Below are positions 12,864 through 24,000 of a stretch of 64,000 bases of DNA, piece by piece (the first letter of the stretch is position 1; each line of letters starts with the position of its first letter). The stretch covers positions 8,804,001 to 8,868,000 of the forward strand of contig CM035352.1 of the NCBI GenBank assembly GCA_020137815.1. The letters are read 5' to 3'. A program made the position numbers and the translations under genes. The notes under the pieces were generated by a model that saw nothing but the letters and a program-made list of their open reading frames with translations, had not been told where the DNA came from and searched no databases. Origin of the DNA: Hormiphora californensis. Taxonomy: Eukaryota > Animalia > Ctenophora.

Positions 12864-14476
12864 TCAAAGCCCCAACAACCTTTCCCGATGCCCCTTTTTA
12901 ATTGTCTCAGCCCTTTTTAACAACGAGTTTTTCCTTTTCTGGTACTCCTCAGTCGCTGTGATATCAACAAACAAGGGTTCTGCATCCTCCTCTTTGTTCT
13001 CTCCCTCCTCATCTCCCTCACTCCCCGCCCCGATCACACCCAGGCTCTGTGAGGTAGTGGGGAAGGAGAGATCATCATCGAATATGCTATACGCATCAAA
13101 GGGGTCATTTGCAGTGGATCCCCGCGGTCCAATGTACACATCTGCAGTTGTTCGCCTTGCCGCACTGGCTGAGAATATGGTCCGAGTCTCACGGTAGGCC
13201 TTCTTCGCTTTAAGTTCATCCAATATTTTATCTAGCGAGTGAGCGTGTCGTTCGGAGCTGTTTAACATTTCCCAGTGAAGGTCCTCGATTAGTGCGTTTT
13301 GCTTTTCCAGATCTTTCTTAGAGATAAGAGGAGGGACCACCATGTTTGACGGTTCACTAGCAGCCGTCCCAGGTCGAGAGGGAATACTAGGGGATATCTG
13401 GGAGACTTCAGTTCTCGCCTCGGGCTCTGGTGATGCTTTGTGTTTAGACATTTGACCACTTCGTGATAGTGCGATGATGTTGTTAGAGTGACGCAATACC
13501 TGACGGATGTCTCTAAAGGAGGACCTACTTTCCACCTCGACCGCTTTCTGCACTGTTGATTCTATTATTTTACCCCGCTCTTTGGTTTTTGGGGGTTGGC
13601 CCGCTCTGATTGCCCGTGATATGAGAGCTTTATAGTCTTTGTCAAGCTGGGTCTTGATTTTTTCGTCGTGTGTAAAGAGAAAATTGTAAAAGTTATCGAT
13701 TTTGTACAACATTTGGCTATCTTTTGCGGTCCCTGAGTTTAGTTCCCCGTGTATAGAGATGTTTGAGATGTATGTGGATAGGGGGATGATATCAAAGAAT
13801 TCGTACAGTTGCAGTCGGCCAGCGATATCAACCTCATCTCGCATCTTTTTCAGTTGATGTTGCAGCTTCAGTGGGGCTATCGATCGGCCACAATGCTTCA
13901 GGATCCTAAAATAATCCAATTTTAGAAATTATTATAACCTGGCTGACTCAAACAAGGCACAACCACGGGCACAGCTCCTTACCTAAATATGGTGTGATCA
14001 TCAGCTGGCATTCCTTCCATGTCCTCACTCTCGTAGGCTTCAAACAGTGACCTAATCTCCCCCAGTTCTGAGAACCCAACCTTCCTGGTAACCAGGAGTT
14101 GGAGGGCCTTCCGGATTACTTGAGTGTTATACTCTGCACTGTAGACGTTGTGGGTCCTGTGGAGAGCCTGCATGGAGGATAAGATATTAGCTCCGTATCT
14201 TGCAGCTCAGTCATATTGAATGAAATGAATTGCCGACTTGGCCATTTAAGATCATATATGTTGACCTAAAGTGTTATATAATTATAATTAAGGACCTACC
14301 TGATTCGCAAGCTTGCTCAGTAACATGTTATCAATAGCATCGACAGCATAAAACTTCGTCTTGGGATCACACGGTTTGAGGTAGCGTAATAAGACATCTC
14401 GCTGCATCCCTAGAGCCATCGAGAGGCGCCTCACCTCCTGTAGATGGAGCCTATCTCTGAACTTGGGATATGTCAT
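12864..14476 (-). CDS. Uncharacterised three-exon protein with a degenerate EF-hand-like region and acidic/coiled-coil C-terminus
   Basis: Three ORF segments (~14300-14476, ~13983-14169, 12864-~13904) joined by GT-AG introns. IRSLFEAYESEDMEGM and DIAGRLQLYEFFDII resemble EF-hand helix-loop-helix pairs. Confidence 0.65.
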
Positions 14477-14941
14477 GTTCTGACAGCTAGGGGCAATATA
14501 ATGACGTTATTCTCTTTGGAAATGAAATTAACTCTTGGCATCAGCGCCCTAGTGGGCTTTACTTGTCTTGCTCGACTCTGTTTCACCACGCTCTACAACG
14601 TAAATGGGTGATTAGTGATTACTGATTTCGTAACCAATAATTCTCTTTGATCTGTCTCGGCAGTGCTGGCCATGTGTTTACTTTGGCTGGTTAGGTGTGA
14701 AGTACCGCACCACGGCCCTGTGTCAATCGGATATGATCATCAATAAGTTTACCGATACCTACGTTCAACGTTGTTAACACGTGTGTCATTTACTTCCGTT
14801 CCATCTCTCACTCTATATATCTGTATTAATTCTCTCTATCTCTCTCTCACTCTCCTTCTACCTCTCTCACTCTCCCTTTCAGCCTCTCTTATAACCCACT
14901 GCCTCTCTCAATAAACAATCACTTATCACTATCTAGATAGT

Positions 14942-17900
14942 ATGTTGGTTTTGTTACTACTGTCTGTCTTGATTTGCCCCTCCTTTGGTACTGAAATCCC
15001 CTGGAGTACTTCAGTCAATGGAAGTGAGGTTCTACTGTACTACCCTCAAGTTGAGGATGGGACTCCACCTAAATTTGCCTTTGTGGACAGCGATGGAACG
15101 CAGCATCTGTGCATTCAGTACAGTGTAGTCACGAATAAGATCAAAGTGGACGCAGAGGTTGATCTAGACGTCTGTAAGTTGAATATTTGCTTTACAGAAT
15201 AACGCCATGCACCAGGCACCTATTTCAAACAATAATTGAGTGGATCAAAAGTTCATTATAAAAGATTAATTGTTAAATTGACCATGATTAATTAATTATT
15301 AATCCCTCCCAGATTCGCACGAGGAAGTGTTCGAATTTACAATGACTGCTACAACATACTGGAGATTTGTTTTTGACGATACCCGCCTAGTAGTGAGGGT
15401 TAGCAGTTTTGCGAACGGCTCCCCCTCAACTGACAAGGCATTACCATACAGTGAATTCAGTTACTCATATGACTTACTGGAAACCACCACTAGACTTTAC
15501 TTTTATACGGATGGATGGTACATCTGGATTCCATGTATGTCTCACCTATGTCTCAAATGTTTGAAAATGTATCGCGACAAAATTAAAATCTTATCAATCA
15601 TCAAACTTAGGCTGCTATACTGTATTTCAACTAGTCAACTACTGTTATGTTTCAGCTAATGACTGTGCCGAGCTATCACCACCATTGAACGGTTATATCA
15701 GCACGACAGAAGTTACTGAGGGGACTGTGGTCACTGTAGCCTGTGATGAAGGACATACCTTGATAGGGAGCTCGAGTTTGACCTGTAATTCATGTGTTTG
15801 GAGCCATGAGGTGCCAAGCTGCGTTGGTAAGGGCATCGATTTAATTAAGGAAAATGGCATTGTAAGTTGTGGAGCACTTCATGCACTCAAAATTCACAAT
15901 AAACGGTTTAACTTTAACAGGGTGTGAACTGCATGTCGTGTTTGCTAGTCGCGAGCGCGCTTGCGAGACAAGCAAACACGTCAAGGTTCATTAACAAGCA
16001 TGCTGCTCAGTCATTTTAGATTTAATACACAATGTAAGGATACCATGTAATAGGTGAGACTCTTGCCGTCACCCTCGTTCAAGTCCCGTGAAAAACGGAG
16101 CAGTACACGCAAACTGATGCCCATTTTCCTCGCGTGACCCCGATTCAGCAGTTTGAGACACCAACTCTTTAGGGGGCCATATCTCAGGAACCAGACAAGA
16201 TAGGAAAAATCGCCGTCTAATGAGGCGTACAGTTTTTAATCTAGTTTACCACTGTACCGGCCGTTTCACTCTCCGACCTAAAACAAAAATCGCAACCCCA
16301 CAAAACTTCAAAATAATGAAATTCGCATCTCGCATGTCGTGTTGCATGTCGTGTTGCATGTCGTGTCATGTTATTGACGCGCTCGCGTTCAACTCTCACA
16401 CAGCAGCTGCAGAACATGGCGGGAAACATCGAGGAGTAGAGAGAGGGTCGGTGCCGAATCAAATATTTCTTGATCTTGATCTACTCCATCTCTCAGCTAT
16501 CCTACCCCTCATCAACTCGATCTCTCAGCTACCCTACCCCTCATCTACTCCATCTTTCAGCTACCCTACCCCTCATCTACTCCATCTTTCAGCTACCCTA
16601 CCCCTTATCTAGTCCATCTATCAGCTACCCTACTCCTCATCTACTCCATCTCTCAGCTTCCCTAGCCCTCATCAACTCCTTCTTTCAGCTACCCTACCCC
16701 TAATCTAGTCCATCTCTCCGCTACCCTACTCCTCATCTACTCCATCTCTCAGCTACCCTACCTCCCATTTACTCCATCTCTCAGCTACCCTACCTCCCAT
16801 TTACTCCATCTCTCAGCTTCCCTACCTCCCATTTACTCCATCTCTCAGCTTACCTACCTCCCATTTACTCCATATCTCAGCTTCCCTACCTGCCATTTAC
16901 TCCATCTCTCAGATACCCTACCTCCCATTTACTCCATCTCTCAGCTTACCTATCTTCCATTTACTCCATCTCTCAGCTTCCCTACCTCCCATTTACTCCA
17001 TCCCTCAGCTTCCCTACCTCCCATTTACTCCATCTCTCAGCTACCCTACCTCCCATTTACTCCATCTCTCAGCTTCCCTACCTCCCATTTACTCCATCCC
17101 TCAGCTACCCTACCTCCCATTTGATCCATCTCTCAGCTTCCCTACCTCCCATTTACTCCATTTCTCAGCTTCCCTACCTCTCATTTAGTACTCCATCTCT
17201 CAGCTACCCTACCTCCCATTTACTCCATCTCTAAGCTTCCCTACCTCCCATTTACTCCATCTCTCAGCTACCCTACCTCCCATTTACTCCATCTCTCAGC
17301 TTCCCTACCTCCCATTTACTCCATTTCTCAGCTTCCCTACCTCTCATTTAGTACTCCATCTCTCAGCTACCCTACCTCCCATTTACTCCATCTCTAAGCT
17401 TCCCTACCTCCCATTTACTCCATCTCTCAGCTACCCTACCTCCCATTTACTCCATCTCTCAGCTTCCCTACCTCCCATTTACTCCATCTCTCAGCTACCC
17501 TACCTCCCATTTACTCCATCTCTCAGCTACCCTACCTCCCATTTACTCCATCTCTCAGCTTACCTACCTCCCATTTACTCCATCTCTCAGCTTCCCTACC
17601 TCCCATTTACTCCATCCCTCAGCTTCCCTACCTCCCATTTACTCCATCTCTCAGCTTTCCTACCTCCCATTTACTCCATATCTCAGCTTCCCTACCTGCC
17701 ATTTACTCCATCTCTCAGATACCCTACCTCCCATTTACTCCATCTCTCAGCTTCCCTACCTCCCATTTACTCCATCTCTCAGATACCCTACCTCCCATTT
17801 ACTCCATTTCTCAGCTTCCCTACCTCTCATTTACTCCATCTCTCAGCTACCCTACCTCCCATTTACTCCATCTCTCAGCTTCCCTACCTCCCATTTACTC

Positions 17901-19745
17901 CATCTCTCAGCTTACCTACCTCCCATTTACTCCATCTCTCAGCTTCCCTACCTCCCATTTACTCCATCCCTCAGCTTCCCTACCTCCCATTTACTCTATC
18001 TCTCAGCTACCCTACCACCCATTTACTCCATCTCTCAGCTTTCCTACCTCCCATAAATACTCCATCTCTCAGCTTCCCTACCTCCCATTTACTCCATCTC
18101 TCAGGGGTAGGAATGTTAGGATAAATGAGAGATGGAGTAAATGGGAGGTAGGGAAGCTGAAAGATGGAGTAAATGGGAGGTAGGGAAGCTGAGAGATGGA
18201 GTAAATGGGAGGTAGGGTAGCTGAGAGATGGAGTAAATGGGAGGTAGGGAAGTTGAGAGATGGAGTAAATGGGAGGTAGGGAAGCTGAGGGATGGAGTAA
18301 ATGGGAGGTAGGGAAGCTGAGAGATGGAGTAAATGGGAGGTAGGTAAGCTGAGAGATGGAGTAAATGGGAGGTAGGGTATCTGAAAAATGGAGTAAATGG
18401 CAGGTAGGGAAGCTGAGATATGGAGTAAATGGGAGGTAGGTAAGCTGAGAGATGGAGTAAATGGGAGGTAGGGAAGCTGAGAGATGGAGTAAATGGGAGG
18501 TAGGGAAGCTGAGAGATGGAGTAAATGGGAGGTAGGGTAGCTGATAGATGGAGTGAATGGGAGGTTGGGTAGCTGAGAGATGGAGTAAATGTGAGGTAGG
18601 GAAGCTGAGAGATAGAGTAAATTGGAGGTAGGGAAGCTGAGAGATGGAGTAAATGGGAGGTAGGTAAGCTGAGAGATGGAGTAAATGAGAGGTAGGATAT
18701 CTGAAAGATTGAGTAAATGGCAGGTAGGGAAGCTGAGATATGGAGTAAATGGGAGGTAGGGTAGCTGAGAGATGGAGTAAATGGGAGGTAGGGTAGCTGA
18801 GAGATGGAGTAAATGGGAGGTAGGGTAGCTGAGAGATGGAGTAGATTAGGGGTAGGGTAGCTGAAAGATGGAGTTGATGAGGGCTAGGGAAGCATAGAGA
18901 TGGAAACGATTATGGATAGGGATTCCCTACCCCTAATCGTTTCCATCTCTATGCTTCCCTAATAGGGAAGCTGAGAGATGGAGTAGATGAGGAGTAGGGT
19001 AGCTGATAGATGGACTAGATAAGGGGTAGGGTAGCTGAAAGATGGAGTAGATGAGGGGTAGGGTAGCTGAAAGATGGAGTAGATGAGGGGTAGGGTAGCT
19101 GAGAGATCGAGTTGATGAGGGGTAGGATAGCTGAGAGATGGAGTACAAGATCAAGAAATATTTGATTCGGCACCGACCCTCTCTCTACTCCTCGATGTTT
19201 CCCGCCATGTTCTGCAGCTGCTGTGTGAGAGTTGAACGCGAGCGCGTCAATAACATGACACGACATGCAACACGACATGCAACACGACATGCGAGATGCG
19301 AATTTCATTATTTTGAAGTTTTGTGGGGTTGCGATTTTTGTTTTAGGTTGGAGAGTGAAACGGCCGGTACAGTGGTAAACTAGATTAAAAACTGTACGCC
19401 TCATTAGACGGCGATTTTTCCTATCTTGTCTGGTTCCTGAGATATGGCCCCCTAAAGAGTTGGTGTCTCAAACTGCTGAATCGGGGTCACGCGAGGAAAA
19501 TGTGCATCAGTTTGCGTGTACTGCTCCGTTTTTCACGGGACTTGAACGAGGGTGACGGCAAGAGTCTCACCTATTACATGGTATCCTTACATTGTGTATT
19601 AAATCTAAAATGACTGAGCATCATGCTTGTTAATGAACCTTGACGTGTTTGCTTGTCTCGCAAGCGCGCTCGCGACTAGCAAACACGACATGCAGTTCAC
19701 ACCCTGTTTAACTCAGATATCTTTATATTTGGAAGCGATCTGTAA
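14942..19745 (+). CDS. Small secreted protein with one Sushi/CCP domain; last exon (19717-19745) tentative
   Basis: Signal peptide MLVLLLLSVLICPSFG. Exons ~14942-15174, 15313-15534, 15656-15826. CCP motif C..L..PLNGYI..VTVACDEGHTLIGSSSLTC..WSHEVPSC. An in-frame acceptor after the foldback gives DIFIFGSDL*. Confidence 0.7.
15918..19706. mobile_element. Foldback-type element, ~3.8-kb near-perfect palindrome
   Basis: ~560-bp near-identical unique inverted arms starting CAGGGTGTGAAC. Inner arms are opposed arrays of a 32-bp unit (ACTCCATCTCTCAGCTACCCTACCTCCCATTT). Centre ~18104-18125. Flanked by TTTAA (15913-15917, 19707-19711). No transposase. Confidence 0.92.
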
Positions 19746-21013
19746 AAAAAGGAGTCTCGCAAGAGACAAATAGGAGATACACACGTGAGACTCACCCCAG
19801 TATGAGAGGACAGCAGGAGCCACCCTGATGTTATGCGTGAGACACCCAGAGCAGGGGACACTCCAGTAACACGTATGAAGACCATCCATAACATCGGGGT
19901 GTTTCCTGCTGTGAGTGCTGTCATCTCATGCTGTGGTGAGCCTCCTATCATGAATCTCCTAGAGGCCTTTGAAGAGTGAACTTTTTACGGATCGAAATTT
20001 TTCGGGACAAACTGAAATGACTCATCTAAAAAAACACGATTTTGTGTTTTATCTTCGCGCGGCGTCAATGTATTGAAAATTGCGCGCAGCAATGCGCAAC
20101 ACAGGTACAATTATTTCGCGCCGTACGTCTTTAATTAACAGAAAGTTGACAGAAAGAGTTCGAAAAGAAGACAATCAAAGACAGCAGTCAGCAGATTAAC
20201 CAAGATTAAAGAAAATGGATCCCTTCATAAGGAATACTGCGGTCTTGCAGTACATCAACATGCATCTTGATCCCGATTCAGATTAGATTGATGATGGAAT
20301 TGGGAATAAAAAGACATTTTCTATTTTAGTTTTATAAAATTTATTTAACAAGTTTGACCTTTGAACTATCGGCGAACCATTATCACAATACTTTGTTTTG
20401 TCATTAAAATGAAACGATTTGTATAACGGTTGAAATTGACTCAGTAGAAATAACAGACTTTTACTTCGTTGTAGATTCATATTCAGAAAAAAGACTAGCT
20501 CTCATATACTAGCTCTCATACGTTACTATTACTCTTCATAGCATAATTTGACATGTTCCTTGTCTGTCAGCTCTCACACCGGGCCGAAGGCCCGGTGCGA
20601 GCTTACGCGAGTGCCGATAGACAGACTGCGTAGCATGGCAAAGCATAATAATATTAATGGGAGGATTTCTGAGAAAACGGGGGAAGAATTCCCAGAATAT
20701 AGAATCAAACAATCAGGCCTTTCAAAAACTACAACTCCATCCAAGGAGATATACATAAAATAATGAGTGTCTCACAAAGTGAACAAAACAAACCGAGTCA
20801 CACACGCTCATAACTCACAGAAAACACAAAAAACGTTACAGTTCAAAATATTTACAATGTCCCTTCCTGTCACTGACAGATCATGCCTGACCGCTCTTCT
20901 CACTCATCAGATGAGCCATCACTCATCTCCACTAGAACACACTAGAAGTAAAAGTAGAACACAGGACCACTGTTCTTCCCGGATTACATGGATCAAAGTG
21001 GTGGTGGTGTCCG

Positions 21014-24000
21014 CTAGCCGCATGATGAGGTATTCCTGAAACATGTGAAACTGGTTATTAATCCAGCTGATACATTTCAAACTAAATTGTATCTCAAAAT
21101 GCATTGCATTTTGAGATACAGTTAAGTTAATGCAACATCTGAGTTCTGTAGAATTTATCTCAAAAACTAAAACTAAAACATACATGGTCTGGGATGTAGA
21201 GGGAGATGCATCGACATCAAATTCCTCCTCACTCCGGGTAATTCTAGCGTAGTCATCAGTATCTATAGACTTGCAGAAGTTGATGGCGTACCTTAGTTTC
21301 TCTAACAACACCTGGAACGAGAGATGAGATAATATCAATATTAATTACAGTCGGACCCCGATTAATATTAATTATTAACGTAAGCACTCATGCACTTATT
21401 TAATAAGTGCACGCACGTGAGTGCTTACGTCTTAATAATTACGTCTTAATAATTAATATTCATATAAGTTATATTTGACATGATAGTGAGTCTGTCGGGT
21501 ATAAAGTATCTCTGTATCTCTGTATCTTTATACTTTATATTTTACAAATCAAATGTACATGGGTCTAGACTGGTCTTGAAAATAACATTTCATCAATCAT
21601 TATTGACAGATGGCTGTCTGAGCTGCCACATACCTCTTTACTGGTGTATCGGGGCATCTTTAGAAGGAAGAAACAGGTGTAGCTTTCAGGCAGGAATTGG
21701 TTGGGCGGGTTGTACTTATCTAACACCTATAGAAAAATATATGGTTAGGGGGTTGTACTTATCTAACACCTATAGAAAGATATATGTATTTCAGGGGGGG
21801 GGGGGTTATATTTCTCATCCTAAGAATGAATGAGTTTGGATCGTGCTGCTATTGTAAAAGGCTATCATTCCCCTGGTCATCGCGCGAGAGGGAGTGCTAG
21901 AAGAAATCTAGGTTATTTTTAGAAATCATAGCAGTATTGAGCAAAGCCTTTCAATAAGGAACCATAATAAAGTTCAAGAGCGCACCCCATCCAAGAGCGC
22001 ACCACCTCCAAAAGACACCACTCCGAGAGCGCACCACATCAAAGAGAGCTCCCCATCCAGAAGATACCGCGCGCAGGGGACACCACGCGCAGAAGAGACC
22101 GCACGCGCAAATACAACGCCGCGCTGGTCTCTTCTGCGCGTGGTGTCCCCTGCGCGTGGTATCTTCTGGATGGGGAGCTCTCTTTGATGTGGTGCGCTCT
22201 TGAAGTGGTGTCTTCTGGAGGTGGTGCGCTCTTGGATGTGGTCTCTTTTGGGTGTGGTGCGCTCTCAGGTGTGGTCTCTCTTCGATCGGGGGCGCTCTTG
22301 GGTGCTCTTGGAGGCTCTTGAACTTTATTATGGTTCCTTATAATTCAATAGGTTATTTTTAGAACTCAAAGCAATGTTCTATATTGAGCAAGGTCTTTCA
22401 ATAAGTTACTTTAGAACTCATCTCATATATCAGTGTCTTTCAATAAGTTATTATAGAATTCAATAAGGTATTTTAAGAATTCATTGCATTGTTCTATTGA
22501 GAATTATTCTATCGAAGCAGTATATATATTTTGCATCTCTAACTAATAAAAAGAGGTATTTCTGTTTTTTGACGCCAGGGGAGAGGCACACATATGTTTC
22601 TTCCATAGAAGACTACCACACGAGTGAGTATTTTCATATTATTCTTAGATGTTAGAGCGCTCCAATTACTATCCTTCCATTCACTCCCCCTCCCCCCTGA
22701 GAAAGGGTGGGGTGAATGGACCGGATTTGTTGTAGCAGCAGAGCATAAAAACATACTACGTGACTTGTAGCGTCACATTCGAAGCTATGATTGGAGAGGG
22801 CCGTCCCACTCGTTAGTAAAGAAATGAATATATTCTAGAGTACTTTTATTACAGCTAATGATTGAAGAAAGGATGATTTACCTGGAGAACAAAGTCTCGT
22901 CCCCTAAAATCGGCTATATTTCTTGGTAGCCTTGTCCTGCCCCAAACGAATCGGAGGAAAAGTGACCTTTCAACGGGCGAGAATACTTCTAATACCTCCC
23001 AGAACCTGAAATATATCCCTGTTAGTTTCACAAAAGTCCATGTGTTGCTTTTTGAGTAACAAGTATTGTCACGTTAGATGTGAGTCCCATATTGGTTGAT
23101 TAGAATTTAGAAATCAGAATTGATGTCCCACATTGATATCATTACATCAACAGATAGTGAGAAATGTGGGTGAATACAATCTCTCTTACCAAGTCACGAG
23201 TGGAGCAGGTAGCTTCAATTCCCTTGTACACAGCAACCGATTTCAGCATCTCAAGAGGTATATCGGGGTGCCCACAGACGAGAACTTGGAATTCAGTGCT
23301 GGAGAAGAGGGAGAGGAGAGGTACGGGGATCACCTTGGCTAGGCCCTCCAGAACTGCATCCACCTGTTGTCATGGGGAGGCAGGTGTTAGAGCTAGGGGT
23401 GACATCAGTCATGGTGGTGGGGAAGAGGGTGTTAGAGAGGGAGTCATGGGGGTGTTAGAGAGGGTGTCATGGGGGGGGGGGTTGTTAGAGAGGGTGTCAT
23501 GGGGGTGTTAGAGAGGGTGTCATGTGGGGTGTTAACCCTTTGAGGCCCATAGTGATTGGCTGAACGAAATTTTCTAATTTTTCCCAGATATACCCAGCAT
23601 GATACTCTAAGATTAGGGGAAAAATAGTTTTTCAAATCGGTTCATTACTTTTTCAGATACAGCATGGGTCATATATGACCCTCTGGGTCGTTTGGGAAGT
23701 TAAGAATTTCAAGCGGCCTAGGGGTCCTCCATATGCCTTCCAAGCCATAAAATCTGGTTAGTCAGTGCCCTAGAGATGAAACGAGTTGACAGGAACCGTT
23801 ACATGATCTGAATTGACTAATTTCTCTAATTAGGGGTAGGTTTCAGGTCATATGACACTCTGGGTTGTTCATTGCACATCACCTCACATGTGTTATTCAG
23901 GCTTTGGACGCTGTTTATGATCAAATAAGATGCCAAACCCGCAGTAAATCATCACATTAGTGGGGGTAGAGCATTAAGTTAAGTCCCTATCTCGACCCCT

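Noticed and set aside
16220-19404. Mirror-image 130-aa ORFs in the foldback arms
   Set aside because: Arise from the inverted repeat and its array; no transposase motifs.
19746-20290. Short open frames downstream of the foldback that could be further exons
   Set aside because: I could not build a consistent spliced model or recognise a domain.
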